64,000 nucleotides of DNA from Candidatus Thorarchaeota archaeon (GCA_048882045.1 JBHLRZ010000006.1:1-64000); one strand, 5' to 3'. Positions 1 through 10,996 are shown, numbered from the stretch's first letter. Notes: generated by a model not told the origin, from the sequence alone. Translations and numbers: made by a program.

Positions 1-579
1 ATCATGGGGCCTTCGGGATCGGGAAAGACAACCCTCCTGAACCTCATCGGAGCTTTGGACAGACCAACGAATGGAACTGTCTTTCTCGACAATGTAGATA
101 TCACACACATGAACGAAAGTGAGCTGACAAAGATCAGACGAAACAAAATCAGCTACGTGTTTCAGTTCTTCAACCTGCTTCCTGTCTTAACTGCCTACGA
201 GAACGTGGAACTCCCCCTCCTCATTGGTGGAGTGGAGGAAACCGCGCGAAGGGAAAGGGTTGACCATCTGCTTTCACTCGTTGGTCTGACTGAAAGAGCA
301 GACCATCGACCTGACGAGTTATCGGGCGGTGAACAACAACGCATCGCTATCGCACGAGCACTAGCCAAGCCTCCTGGAAGCACAAGTAGTATTGTGGTGC
401 TTGCAGACGAGCCAACTGGTGACTTGGATTATAGCACAGGCCAGGAGATTCTAGATGTGTTGATATCCCTGACAAAGGGTGAAGGCGGAACTCTGATCAC
501 AGTGACCCACGATCCTGAAGTAGGCGAAAAGATGGACAAAGTCTACAAGATGCGCGACGGTCAGTTTGAGAATAAATAG
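1..579 (+). CDS. ABC transporter ATP-binding protein, LolD/MacB-type (5'-truncated by window edge)
   Basis: Walker A GPSGSGKT, Q-loop VFQFFNL, signature LSGGEQQR, Walker B/D-loop LADEPTGDLD, H-loop VTHD; frame is open at base 1. Confidence 0.95.
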   Translation: MMGPSGSGKTTLLNLIGALDRPTNGTVFLDNVDITHMNESELTKIRRNKISYVFQFFNLLPVLTAYENVELPLLIGGVEETARRERVDHLLSLVGLTERADHRPDELSGGEQQRIAIARALAKPPGSTSSIVVLADEPTGDLDYSTGQEILDVLISLTKGEGGTLITVTHDPEVGEKMDKVYKMRDGQFENK

Positions 580-584
580 AGAGG

Positions 585-3389
585 ATGAGCATGTCTGCGG
601 TCCCAGCGGGCTATGAAGCGTTCCATAGCAGGAGAAGAAGGAGTGTCACATTACTCTGTTTCTTGCTGGCTTCAACCATGGCCATGGGAATCACTGTCTA
701 TGTGGATTCATATTCAGTACACGAGTGGGATGCAAATCTCGATGTTGGGCTAGTGGCAATCCAAGCTCAGGGAGAAGGTATTGAGAACTATGTTCCACAG
801 ATTAGAGCGATTGATGGAATAACAAAAGCAGTACTAGTACAGGGTGGATATGGAGAGATTGAATTACTGATGAATTCCACCTATGGACAATACATACAAT
901 ATATTGATGGGAACATCATGGCTCAGAGTCAGGAGCTGATGGAGGCTTTTGCAGGATATATCACTGTTGTAGAGGGAGTACTTCCTAATACGAACAGTTC
1001 ACAAATTGCTATAGATAAACACCTTTCAGATTTCTTTGGGATAGAAATAGGAGATATCGTCAACTTCACCGCAAGTTATTCGGGCTACAACTTCAACCCT
1101 GTCGAGATAATCGGAATCTACACTCAGGGTTCTGGAGATTCTGTCAACCCATATTATTGGTACTACGAGAGCTTTGCTATTGTTGCCCCAGATGTGATCG
1201 TAGATCCTGATTATAGGGTCTTCATTGACATTGACAGGAGTCGACTCACAGCCTTTAATGCTGCAGGTTCACTTGCATTCTCAAACGGGATAGACACCGC
1301 GATCATAGCTACTGATCCACAATATGACCCCCAATATCCGTGGAGGTCTCGGTTCTGGGTACAGAATCGAATAAGTTCTGGAATTACGACATACATGTAC
1401 TGGGTGTCGGCTCAGAGGATTTCACAGCTCTTCAGAGCATCGAGTATCATTATTCTCATTATCCTTGTGACCTTCCTCGCCATTCGTCATAATGTAAATG
1501 AGAGAAGGTTCGAATCGCATATTCTTCATTCGAGAGGAGCTTCACAGGGAGACTTGGACAAGATAGTCAATCGAGAGATAGTCATTCTTTCCTTGGCATC
1601 TTGTATTTTTGGCATTGCATTGGGTGTTGGAATAAGTAGAGTTGCACTTGCAGCCACTGGTTTCTTCAAGTTTGACATGATGCTCATGTTCACTGAACCA
1701 TTCTTGGTCAGTATCGAATCATTAATCATATCCATCATAGCTGGAATTGCTCTTCCCCTGTTAGCACTTGGGTGTTATCGAATAGTCTACTCAACTAAGA
1801 AATCAGTTGATGAGGACACTGGACGGCTATCGAAGATGGTAAAGGGTCTGAACTTCATAAAGTGGGACGTACTAATTGTTGCATTGTCTGGACTCTTTTT
1901 GATGTCGTTAATCTCTGGGGGAACAGAATTGCAGAGTAGCCCTTTCGTTAGTTTCATTTTGCCAATAATTCCCTTACCACTCTTCTTAGGTGTGGCCAGT
2001 CTCTCAATCAAGGGACTCAGACGAAGCTCAATGTGGATTTCTCGAGCTTTGGCAAGGATTGTGGGGCAAATTCCTGCTTCGGTTGGAATTCGAAGAATTG
2101 GTAAAGGAGCCTCCTCTGGTGGTGCCGCTGCAATGGTAATGGTCCTCGCAATCTGCCTATCTTGGAACAGTGCTATTGTTGATGCTTCTCTTCCTATGAC
2201 TAAGGTATACCAGGCTCAGCTTGATGTTGGAGCTGATATCACTTTTGCCCTAGACAATGGCAATATTGATCTTTGGGATGCTTTTGCAAATAATGTCACG
2301 TCCCATGTTAATGTGACCTCAACTACATTTGTTTCGCAGACTGTTCTGTCATTGTCAAGTGGGTATTCGGGGTACAAGACATTTCTTGCTGTAAATCCGA
2401 GGGAGTATTCCGAGATCGGATACCACTACGCAGGAATGAGACTGAACGATTCAGAGCTGGCAAGCAGTATTGAATCGTTGCAGACAATTCTTGATGGGGC
2501 AATCATTTCCGAGGATATTGCACGCGAGTATGATCTTGAAATTGGCGACATACTACGAGCGACTGACTTCAGCGAAGAAGCAATAGCTTTCTCATTCCGT
2601 GTAGTTGGTATTGCAACAGCACTTCCCGAGATGCCTGGTGATGACACCTTTTACTATTATGATTACTATATAGTACCTCCTCCCGGTCCATTTTATCCGA
2701 CAATGGGCATGATAGGCCAAGAGAGGGTAATGATCAATAGAGAATACCTTCGCACTCTTTATGGTACACTCAACAATACTGAAAACTTTCTATGTGTGAG
2801 TACTCGGGTAAACTCGAACGGAACAGAGATTGTCAATAGTCTCCTTGAGTCAGGAGGCAGTAGGGTTTTAGACCAAGATCTCTGGGAATCAGTAACTTCA
2901 GAGAGAGATGAATACCTGAATGATGCTACCTACAGGAATAACAGGTCAGTCGACACGATGATGACTGTCCTCACTGTCGGGACAATTATGGGAGCTTTTG
3001 CGATATATGCAGTTGAAGGTGTGAGAGCCAGAAAGAGAGAGATAGCACTTCTGAGGTCAACAGGAGCAGATACAGGTCTGATTGTCAGGGCGCAAGGCGC
3101 AGAAATGATGATTCTGATGCTGTTCAGCTTTGTAGTACTTGCAGGATATTCACCACTCTTCCTGAGTACTTCCGTTAGTTCAGCAGGCGCAAGTGGATCA
3201 TTCTACGTTTACCCAATCTCAGTATTCCCTCAAATCCCTTGGTTCACGATATTTACTGTCTTGGCATTCTTCGTGATATCCATTCTACTGTTTATTGGAA
3301 TCGTGTCAATATTGAGTTCAAGGATCAATCTTGCTGAAACACTGAATGCTTCTTGGTCAGAAGCAGCACCATATGGAGAGGATCTCTGA
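585..3389 (+). CDS. FtsX/MacB-like ABC permease (duplicated architecture)
   Basis: Two large extracytoplasmic loops, each followed by TM clusters with FtsX-type motifs ERRFESHILHSRGAS and RKREIALLRSTGAD; operonic with ATPases. Confidence 0.88.
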   Translation: MSMSAVPAGYEAFHSRRRRSVTLLCFLLASTMAMGITVYVDSYSVHEWDANLDVGLVAIQAQGEGIENYVPQIRAIDGITKAVLVQGGYGEIELLMNSTYGQYIQYIDGNIMAQSQELMEAFAGYITVVEGVLPNTNSSQIAIDKHLSDFFGIEIGDIVNFTASYSGYNFNPVEIIGIYTQGSGDSVNPYYWYYESFAIVAPDVIVDPDYRVFIDIDRSRLTAFNAAGSLAFSNGIDTAIIATDPQYDPQYPWRSRFWVQNRISSGITTYMYWVSAQRISQLFRASSIIILIILVTFLAIRHNVNERRFESHILHSRGASQGDLDKIVNREIVILSLASCIFGIALGVGISRVALAATGFFKFDMMLMFTEPFLVSIESLIISIIAGIALPLLALGCYRIVYSTKKSVDEDTGRLSKMVKGLNFIKWDVLIVALSGLFLMSLISGGTELQSSPFVSFILPIIPLPLFLGVASLSIKGLRRSSMWISRALARIVGQIPASVGIRRIGKGASSGGAAAMVMVLAICLSWNSAIVDASLPMTKVYQAQLDVGADITFALDNGNIDLWDAFANNVTSHVNVTSTTFVSQTVLSLSSGYSGYKTFLAVNPREYSEIGYHYAGMRLNDSELASSIESLQTILDGAIISEDIAREYDLEIGDILRATDFSEEAIAFSFRVVGIATALPEMPGDDTFYYYDYYIVPPPGPFYPTMGMIGQERVMINREYLRTLYGTLNNTENFLCVSTRVNSNGTEIVNSLLESGGSRVLDQDLWESVTSERDEYLNDATYRNNRSVDTMMTVLTVGTIMGAFAIYAVEGVRARKREIALLRSTGADTGLIVRAQGAEMMILMLFSFVVLAGYSPLFLSTSVSSAGASGSFYVYPISVFPQIPWFTIFTVLAFFVISILLFIGIVSILSSRINLAETLNASWSEAAPYGEDL

Positions 3390-6238
3390 TGTTCTTGTTG
3401 TCACGACTCTCAGCTCGGACTCCAGAGATGCTTGCCACTCTTCTTATCTTCTCACTATCGAGCGGAGTTCTTGGAGGAATCCTATTCTATATGGATTCGA
3501 CAGCACCCACTGTCCTCGAGGACATGACTGCGCAGGTCCCAATCGATATGCAGGTGTCTTTCAGCTATCCATTTTATTCCCAGAACACTTCATCACCGAG
3601 CTATACATCGATTGAAGATGTTCGAAACATTGTGGATCAACAAGAAAACGTGATTACGACCGAGATTGTGTCACTTGCTCAGTTCTATGATTATGAAGAA
3701 GAAGACTACATATACAGTCGAAAGGCATTCTTGGGTGTCAATCGAACTGTTTTGGATAGTTTTCCGCAAGCAATCAAGTTTGACTCTGGAAGCATGGATT
3801 ACGATAGCAGCTCTTGTATTGTTGAAAAAACAACTTTCATGCGGGAAGGTCTCAGGATAGGTGGGAATTACACTCTATCTTTCATACTTCATGATGAGAA
3901 TTGGACCGACGTCATTGTCGAACAAAGCTTCATAGTAGTGGGAACATTCACATCTCAAATCTACATGCATACTCCAATCTGGGGGCAACCAGAGCAAACA
4001 TATTTACAACTGATTACGACTCAAGACGCTATTCAATCGTTCTTTGGGATTCTGCCTCCTGATGAATACGAGGGATTGACAGAACGGATTTGGGTTGGTT
4101 TTGACAGGGAGGCAATTCTGGAAACAGACGCCCAGGTGATGATTGATTCTCTCGATTCAGCAAAGAAACGGATTGAGCAAGCAACATTGCCTTATGCACT
4201 GATTGGATACAATGATTTTGGACTCCTTGATGCAGTGATAGAATTTTCGGTCTGGTCAATCAGTGTAAGAGCGATAGCCCTTGCGTTCTCGCTACCATCT
4301 GTCATTATGGGAATTATGTTGATTCAATACAACACGAAGCTGTTAGGGGATGAACAGCGGAGAGATGTCGGGACTCTTAAGACGAGGGGATCTTCAGGCT
4401 TTCAAGCGTTCAATTGGGTCATGAGCAACGCCCTCTTCACTGGGATTATTGGAAGTTTTGGTGCAATTGTGACTGGGGTTCTCTCTGCTTTCCTCTCTGG
4501 TTCTGTCAGGGAACTTCTAGTGTTCAATCTAGAACAATTAGAAGGATTCTCTCTACTACTTCATCCTATTGCAATAATTGTCGTGTTCCTCTTCTCATTT
4601 ATTGCAGGAATCATCATTACCCTTCCAGGAGCGATCAAGGCTCTGATCATGACACCTACAGAGGCTCATGCAGTTCTCGAGGGTGAAGTGTTGACAGAAG
4701 CAGAGAAGATGGGAAGTGCATCAATAGATGTTCTGATAGTTATAGTGGCTGGAGTGTTACTCGTTCCAATGTTGGGTGTCGCTGCATCATACGGACTGAC
4801 TGCCATTGGACTTATCATCATACCGCTGTTCGCGATGTTCTTATTCTCATTCACACGAATCATGTCACGACCAACTTCGAAAATCAAGTCGTGGGTTCTA
4901 TCACACATTCGAGGATCCACTTTGATCATTGGATCTCGATTTACATCTCGTACTGTGATGATGTTCAAGAAATCAGAAACCATGGGAACAATGTTCATTG
5001 CGATGGTGTTCTGTGCAGGCCTCTTTGCCTCAATGTCAGCCACAACTGGTGACACCCATATGAAAAACTTGTACTATTTCCAAACTGGAGCAGACATCAT
5101 TGTTGATGTAAAAATAGACCTCGAAAATGTAACGACTGCGTTGGTCCAGAATATTACTGCAATCGAAGGAGTGTCCCAGGTAAGTCCGATGTACCAGACA
5201 ACAGGATATGTACAATATTATGAAGCGTACTATTTGGGGGCAGGGCATAATGTAAATCGGTCCATACCCGTGTTTGGAGTCCAAACGGATACCTGGGCAA
5301 GCACTGCGTTCTTCCTTGACTACTTCACAATGTCCTTTTCTCCTGCTGTATCAATTGCGCTCCTAAATCTGTCGACTGAAGAGAATACAAATGTCATGAC
5401 TACTTTCAAACCCATTGACAGCTACCTCGTTGACAGTGTTACTGGCATTCGGACTCCAGTCTACTCACCATACATCGATCTACAGGTCTTTAGTCCTACA
5501 TGGTATAATGAGTCCGAGTGTACAATTGTGGATGTGATGGTCAATACACTGGAGAGCAGTTGGATTCGTCAGACCTACTTGCCTGGAGAAAAAGATGCTA
5601 GTGATTTTGTCATCATGGATCTAAGTCTTCTTCATTCTTGGACCAATACATCAAGAGTAACGAAGTTCTATGTCGACTTGGAGCCAAATGCAAACTATAC
5701 TCAAGCCATGATTGATATTTACAACATCGCTCCAGATAGCTTCTCAAATGTCGAAGCGGCACAAGAATACATTGACGCAGTCCTAGATTCTAGAGCGACA
5801 CAATCAATCTATGGAGCTTATACTCTCAATGTCATCTTCTCACTGATCTACCTCACGATTGGCATGGTCATCGTTACTACGGTGAGAGTGAGAATCTTGA
5901 GAAAGCAATATTCAGTACTCAGAGCTTTGGGGACAGAACCCAGCTCAATACTCTATGCTGCAATTACGGACTCGTCCATTGGACTCCTCTTGGGAGCTTT
6001 AATTGGGGGAGGAATCGGTGCAACCCTAGCTTTCTTACTACTAAACTTTCCACTCTTGTATCTAGGTATAACAACTTCGCAATTGTGGTCAAGACTGCCA
6101 GTGTTTCTGATTATACCGTGGGAATTGGTGTTTGTCATTATAGGGATTGCAGCAGCGGTATCACTTATCGCGACCTATGTTGTCCTCTCGAGGACACTCA
6201 AGCTCAATATAGCGGAGGAAATACAATACACGGAGTGA
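3389..6238 (+). CDS. FtsX/MacB-like ABC permease, paralog of upstream gene
   Basis: ATG overlaps upstream TGA (TGATG at 3387-3391); motifs QRRDVGTLKTRGSS and RKQYSVLRALG; same topology as upstream permease. Confidence 0.88.
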   Translation: MFLLSRLSARTPEMLATLLIFSLSSGVLGGILFYMDSTAPTVLEDMTAQVPIDMQVSFSYPFYSQNTSSPSYTSIEDVRNIVDQQENVITTEIVSLAQFYDYEEEDYIYSRKAFLGVNRTVLDSFPQAIKFDSGSMDYDSSSCIVEKTTFMREGLRIGGNYTLSFILHDENWTDVIVEQSFIVVGTFTSQIYMHTPIWGQPEQTYLQLITTQDAIQSFFGILPPDEYEGLTERIWVGFDREAILETDAQVMIDSLDSAKKRIEQATLPYALIGYNDFGLLDAVIEFSVWSISVRAIALAFSLPSVIMGIMLIQYNTKLLGDEQRRDVGTLKTRGSSGFQAFNWVMSNALFTGIIGSFGAIVTGVLSAFLSGSVRELLVFNLEQLEGFSLLLHPIAIIVVFLFSFIAGIIITLPGAIKALIMTPTEAHAVLEGEVLTEAEKMGSASIDVLIVIVAGVLLVPMLGVAASYGLTAIGLIIIPLFAMFLFSFTRIMSRPTSKIKSWVLSHIRGSTLIIGSRFTSRTVMMFKKSETMGTMFIAMVFCAGLFASMSATTGDTHMKNLYYFQTGADIIVDVKIDLENVTTALVQNITAIEGVSQVSPMYQTTGYVQYYEAYYLGAGHNVNRSIPVFGVQTDTWASTAFFLDYFTMSFSPAVSIALLNLSTEENTNVMTTFKPIDSYLVDSVTGIRTPVYSPYIDLQVFSPTWYNESECTIVDVMVNTLESSWIRQTYLPGEKDASDFVIMDLSLLHSWTNTSRVTKFYVDLEPNANYTQAMIDIYNIAPDSFSNVEAAQEYIDAVLDSRATQSIYGAYTLNVIFSLIYLTIGMVIVTTVRVRILRKQYSVLRALGTEPSSILYAAITDSSIGLLLGALIGGGIGATLAFLLLNFPLLYLGITTSQLWSRLPVFLIIPWELVFVIIGIAAAVSLIATYVVLSRTLKLNIAEEIQYTE

Positions 6239-6243
6239 CCAAA

Positions 6244-7128
6244 ATGTCAGAGAATCTAGACGAAATCGCTGAACAGTACAAGATTGTTGTCCGAGACCTC
6301 ATGAAGGTCTACAAAAGAGGACAGAAGGAGGTCATCGCCCTGAGAGGTGTGGACTTTGAAGTCCGTCATGGGGAGTTCTTATCAATCATTGGACCCAGCG
6401 GATCAGGCAAGTCCACGTTGCTCAAGATGCTTGGAGCTCTAGACAAACCAACAGCTGGTATTGTCCTGTATGACGGTCATAGTGTCACTCTGTTGGATGA
6501 TCGAAGAGCCATGCTCTATAGAAGACAGAAAGTTGGATTCATCTGGCAACTTGGAAACCTCGTTCCCGGACTCACTGCCCTCAAGAATGTGACACTCCCG
6601 ATGAAGCTAGCTGGAGCTCCCTCAAATGCAGCGGATAAGAGAGCACGCATGCTTCTTGACACGATGGGGCTCGGTCCTAGGATAGACCACAAGCCTAGTC
6701 AGATGTCAGGAGGAGAAAACCAGCGCACTGCGATTTGTGTGGCTCTAGCGAACAATCCGGAACTTCTGCTTGGAGATGAGATTACTGGAGAGCTGGATAG
6801 TGAAACCACAGATATGGTCATGGAAGCACTCAAAATGACAAACCAAGAATTTGGTACAACGGTCATAAATGTCACACACAACCCACGTGTTGCTCAATAC
6901 GCAGACCGAGTCTTGCGTATTCGGGATGGACTCATAGAGGGTCAGAAACACACTCTCTATGGTGATATCACCGAAATCGATGCCAAGGGAAGAATGGTTA
7001 TTCCTGAAACTGTAAGAAGGCTTGCAGGCATCAAGAAGAGAGTAGTACTCCGAGCAACGCCAGAAGGATTGCTGGTAAGTCCCCTCGAGGGTGAAGAGGA
7101 GAACAACAACAATCAGACAAACCAGTAG
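6244..7128 (+). CDS. ABC ATP-binding protein (LolD-type) with C-terminal AbrB/SpoVT-like domain
   Basis: GPSGSGKS, MSGGENQR, LGDEITGELD, VTHN; tail EIDAKGRMVIPETVRRLAGI fits the AbrB swapped-hairpin pattern; start taken at ATG 6244. Confidence 0.9.
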   Translation: MSENLDEIAEQYKIVVRDLMKVYKRGQKEVIALRGVDFEVRHGEFLSIIGPSGSGKSTLLKMLGALDKPTAGIVLYDGHSVTLLDDRRAMLYRRQKVGFIWQLGNLVPGLTALKNVTLPMKLAGAPSNAADKRARMLLDTMGLGPRIDHKPSQMSGGENQRTAICVALANNPELLLGDEITGELDSETTDMVMEALKMTNQEFGTTVINVTHNPRVAQYADRVLRIRDGLIEGQKHTLYGDITEIDAKGRMVIPETVRRLAGIKKRVVLRATPEGLLVSPLEGEEENNNNQTNQ

Positions 7129-7175
7129 AAAATCTCTATATTGTGGTTTACACAGCAGCGTATTGTGAAACAACC

Positions 7176-7409
7176 ATGAGTCTGACTCGTTTACCCTGGT
7201 CATATTATGCAGTCATTCTGACCTTTGGAGTTTTCTTCGCGAGTCTGAATATCTACATCCTCACATTGTGGTTAGCACATCCATTTGCTAGTCCATATTG
7301 GCTCATTATTGTTGGGATTGGTGCGATTGGTTTAATCTATTCAATCAGGATGGTTCGCATCCACCAGGCCGAGCTGGTTGAGAAGAAGCAGGTAGAGAGA
7401 TCAAGTTGA
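7176..7409 (+). CDS. Small two-TM membrane protein
   Basis: Two hydrophobic segments and a charged tail; fills the gap between genes. Confidence 0.6.
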   Translation: MSLTRLPWSYYAVILTFGVFFASLNIYILTLWLAHPFASPYWLIIVGIGAIGLIYSIRMVRIHQAELVEKKQVERSS

Positions 7410-7469
7410 GAATTGAAACGGGTATTGAAAACATTCTGAGTGTATCTCCACGAGGGAGATACACACTTT

Positions 7470-8777
7470 CTAGGGATATATTCGACTGACAGTCCTTGGG
7501 AATGGAATGCAGTCTCGAATGTGCTCAAGCTCCAACATCCAAGTTATCAAACGATCCATGCCAACTCCAAAGCCAGAATGTTGTACACTTCCATATCTTC
7601 TGATATCGATGTACCATTTGTATTTCCCCGGATCATCACCTATTCTGTTTAGATTGTCGATAATGAGTTGAGCATCGGTTTCACGTTCGCTTCCACCAAT
7701 GACCTCTCCAAATCCACGTGGACCGAGAAGGTCACTGTTCTTGTAGGTTCGAGGGTCTTCTGGGTTGTGTTTCATATAGAATGATTTGATTTCTTTTGGA
7801 TAATACTCTACAAAGAGAAAGTTATCACTGTCTTTAGTGAGGAATTCTTCTGCGTCACTCCGAATATCATCACCCCACTTGATATCGATCCCAGCTTTCT
7901 GACAGATATCAATTGCCTCGGAGTAAGTCATACGGTCAAATGGAGGATCCACTGCAAGCAACCGTTTTGAATCAACACCAAGTTCAGTGAGCTCAGCTTT
8001 TCTGTTGTTGGCTACGGCATGGCACATATAGCTGACAAGTCCTTCTTGCCGTTTCAAGTTACACTCGTGGTCACACCATGCTTCTTCAGCTTCAAGGTGC
8101 CAAAACTCGGTTAGATGTTTCCGTGTCCTCGACTTCTCAGCTCGAAATGATGGAGCGAGGATGAACACCTTCTCCATTGCAAAGAGCTGAGGTTCTAGAT
8201 GCATCTGGCTTGTCTGAGTCATGTAGACCTTCTTTCCAAAGTACTCAACCTCAAATAGCTCAGACCCCTCTTCGCCCATTGTCGAAACAAACATCGGAGA
8301 GGTTGTTTCATAGAACCCTTCACTCCTGAGGTAAGCTCTAGCACTTCGGAATACCTCATCACGGATCTTGAGTACATTTGTGAGCTGGCGTGATCTCATC
8401 CATAGGTGACGATTATCATTCAAGAATTCAGTGCTTTGATGCTCCGTGATCGGGAACTCCTCTGCGAAGTGTAGAACTTCGAACTTCTCAACTTGAACTT
8501 CATATCCACCCTCTGCACGAGAATCAGCTTTAACAACACCGACCATCGAAACGAGGGATTCAATGAGCATCTTTTCTGCGTCAGTATATTCTCCTTCGCT
8601 GACGGATGTTTTCTTTATGACAGTCTGTACAACACCCGAGGGATCTCGAAGAAGTACGAAGACCATCTTCTTCTGTTTACGGATTCTATGGACCCATCCA
8701 CGAAGATGAACCTTCTTTCCTTCGTATTTTCCTTCAAGCACGTCACCGACGTGTATATAGCTCACTGTTATCACCAT
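7470..8777 (-). CDS. asnS: Asparagine--tRNA ligase
   Basis: OB-fold LRGWVHRIR..LRDPSGVVQ; motif 2 FRAEKSRTRKHLTEFWHLEAE; EVIGGSERE; motif 3 HSGFGVGMDR; PFPR. Exact start uncertain (8765-8798). Confidence 0.92.
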   Translation of the reverse strand: MVITVSYIHVGDVLEGKYEGKKVHLRGWVHRIRKQKKMVFVLLRDPSGVVQTVIKKTSVSEGEYTDAEKMLIESLVSMVGVVKADSRAEGGYEVQVEKFEVLHFAEEFPITEHQSTEFLNDNRHLWMRSRQLTNVLKIRDEVFRSARAYLRSEGFYETTSPMFVSTMGEEGSELFEVEYFGKKVYMTQTSQMHLEPQLFAMEKVFILAPSFRAEKSRTRKHLTEFWHLEAEEAWCDHECNLKRQEGLVSYMCHAVANNRKAELTELGVDSKRLLAVDPPFDRMTYSEAIDICQKAGIDIKWGDDIRSDAEEFLTKDSDNFLFVEYYPKEIKSFYMKHNPEDPRTYKNSDLLGPRGFGEVIGGSERETDAQLIIDNLNRIGDDPGKYKWYIDIRRYGSVQHSGFGVGMDRLITWMLELEHIRDCIPFPRTVSRIYP

Positions 8778-8830
8778 AATTCTTGAATGCACAGCCATAC
8801 GAGGTTGTGACTCTTCTGACCTTTCTTGCT

Positions 8831-8866
8831 AAAGATAAAAGGATGACGGCCTCTACGGACCGTCAC
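8831..8866 (-). terminator. Hairpin + T-rich tract after surface-protein gene
   Basis: TGACGG (8844-49)/CCGTCA (8860-65) stem, followed on the minus strand by CCTTTTATCTTT. Confidence 0.55.
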
Positions 8867-8871
8867 TGACT

Positions 8872-10785
8872 CTAACGATATCTTATGAACCAAACTAGTC
8901 CAATGACTACGATGGCACCCAACGTGATCAATCCAATGGCAAATAGATATGCGCTTTGGATTGATGCTGAAACATAAACATTCACTGACGATTCAGCCAT
9001 GTTTCCACCCAGGTCATAGACCTTCAACGTGACTACATGATTGCCCTGGATCAGTCCTGCAAAATCAAACTCGATGTCATCAGTAGTCCAATCTTCAGTC
9101 ACGATGACCTGACCATCAATCTCGATAGTGTAGTAATCCTTGAAGTCATCGGTCGCAGTCCAGTGATAGACCTGATTTCCAGCACCTTGTGCATAGAAGA
9201 TGTCAGCGGGTGCAAAGACGATTACAGGTACAACATCATCCCTGTTCACTGTCACGAGTACGCTGTGAGTGGCAATGTTACCACTGGTATCGTTTGCGAA
9301 AAGTGTGAAATTGTGAACTCCTATCTGAAGACCGTCTAGACTAATCGTAATGACTGGGTCATCAGGATTGATTGTTCCGTTCTGGAAATCTTGATCGTTT
9401 CGTGTGATTTCATAAGCCTGAATGTAGTCATCACTGACGTTCCAAGTAAGCGAGTATCCGGTTTCAGTGTAGTAAAACTCCACTGGGTTCGGACCTTCGA
9501 TGACAGGTGTCACGTTCTCATATAATCGAAGAGTTATGACATCCTCAGCGAAATTGGAGTTTTGGTCTATAGCTCTTACCTTTACTTCATACCTCCCAAT
9601 CAAGAACTCTGGAAATGATGCTGAAACATTATAGACAAATTCGTATGTGGAGTTTACCCATGTTGTAGTCATATTCAGAGAACCATCTACCCAGACCTCA
9701 ATTGAAGCAGGATAATCATCTTCGACAGTCCATGTCAGAGTGACATTCTCGGAATCAATCAGAATAGATTGGTCACCCGGTCCTGTGATGATAGGGTCGC
9801 GGATGTCTGCTGATGGACTAGTGAGGTTAAACCAATAATCTCCTTGGCCTACAGGTAGTCCCATGTAAGTCACTGTCCAGTTTATGAAGGCGACTGGGAG
9901 ATCAATGAACATGACTGTGCCATTGGCTGGAGTCACCCTAGTGTCAATCACAGTACCATTTTTGAAAGTGAGCTCAACATCTGCACCAGATATAGGGATT
10001 AAGCTGGTCTCATAGTATGTGAACAACTCGAGATCATAATAATCTGGGTTTCCAGTTATGGGACCAATACTCTGATGAACGAGGAGCTGAGTTCCATTTG
10101 ATTCGACATCATCCTCATCCAAGAGGTAGCCATCGTAGATCGGATCACCAAGAACAGTGAGTTTCCAAGTGTAATTGCCCGGAGTTATATCTACAAAGTC
10201 AGCCCTACCCCCAACGACTGCGACTTGATCGTAGAGTGACCCATCACTGACTCGGATTATAGAGAAATTGAGGTTGCTTGCAGGATTACCCTCGATGTCT
10301 TGGATTGTGGCATTGAGATCATCATCATCATTGTCCCAGTCTAAGTTTCCAAAGAGTATTGAAACAGTAGCCTCAGGTCCATCTGATACGATTTGACCTT
10401 CAGCAGCAGGAGAGATTGGATCTAAATCATGAGAAACATTCCAATTGTATGTTCCTACAGCAAGGTTGTAGAACGAAACGTAACCATTTCCATCGGTTTG
10501 ATCTTCTTGCTCGAGTAAACCTGAGGATGCGTTGTAAAGGCGAACCCATGCATTGTTCAGTGGGATTGTTCCATTCCTTACTCTGAATTCGAAATCATCA
10601 TCATTGAACGCCATCAAGTAATTGAAGGTTCTGACAACTACATTGTATGTAGTTTCAGCAGGCTCAAAGGATGTTTCTAGGAGTTTTGCATCAGATACAA
10701 AGTTGGTGTTTGCAACTGGAGCTGCCATAGTAGCTAAGAACAGCATCACGAAGAGAAATGCAAATACTCTATGTGTTTTACTCAT
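8872..10785 (-). CDS. Cell-surface protein with tandem beta-sandwich (Ig-like) repeats, signal peptide and C-terminal TM anchor
   Basis: N-terminal hydrophobic signal; repeated TDGNGYVSFYNLAVGTYNW-like and W(T/N)xxDD..Y.I..D..GN units; many NxS/T sequons; TM plus RYR tail. Confidence 0.8.
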   Translation of the reverse strand: MSKTHRVFAFLFVMLFLATMAAPVANTNFVSDAKLLETSFEPAETTYNVVVRTFNYLMAFNDDDFEFRVRNGTIPLNNAWVRLYNASSGLLEQEDQTDGNGYVSFYNLAVGTYNWNVSHDLDPISPAAEGQIVSDGPEATVSILFGNLDWDNDDDDLNATIQDIEGNPASNLNFSIIRVSDGSLYDQVAVVGGRADFVDITPGNYTWKLTVLGDPIYDGYLLDEDDVESNGTQLLVHQSIGPITGNPDYYDLELFTYYETSLIPISGADVELTFKNGTVIDTRVTPANGTVMFIDLPVAFINWTVTYMGLPVGQGDYWFNLTSPSADIRDPIITGPGDQSILIDSENVTLTWTVEDDYPASIEVWVDGSLNMTTTWVNSTYEFVYNVSASFPEFLIGRYEVKVRAIDQNSNFAEDVITLRLYENVTPVIEGPNPVEFYYTETGYSLTWNVSDDYIQAYEITRNDQDFQNGTINPDDPVITISLDGLQIGVHNFTLFANDTSGNIATHSVLVTVNRDDVVPVIVFAPADIFYAQGAGNQVYHWTATDDFKDYYTIEIDGQVIVTEDWTTDDIEFDFAGLIQGNHVVTLKVYDLGGNMAESSVNVYVSASIQSAYLFAIGLITLGAIVVIGLVWFIRYR

Positions 10786-10949
10786 CCAAAGTCACTCTCG
10801 ATAAAGCTTGAGACGGCAAATCCTTTTACTATCTTAGGCTTGGCGGCGTCGAACCCTCGGCGCGCATAAAAGGGTTTTCATAGTCCAAGTAGAGTATCAT
10901 GATAAACTTCAATCATGTTCGTAGATTCTTGCAAGGATTTTCATTAGTC

Positions 10950-10986
10950 AAAAAAAGGAAGAGCTACCTGAGATAGTAACTCCTCC
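10950..10986 (-). terminator. Hairpin + oligo-T terminator
   Basis: Minus strand GAGGAGTTACT-ATCTCA-GGTAGCTCTTC then CTTTTTTT. Confidence 0.65.
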
Positions 10987-10996
10987 TCAAACTATT

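Noticed and set aside
10840-10866. GGGTTCGAC (minus strand) resembling a tRNA T-loop
   Set aside because: No T-stem, acceptor stem or D-arm can be built
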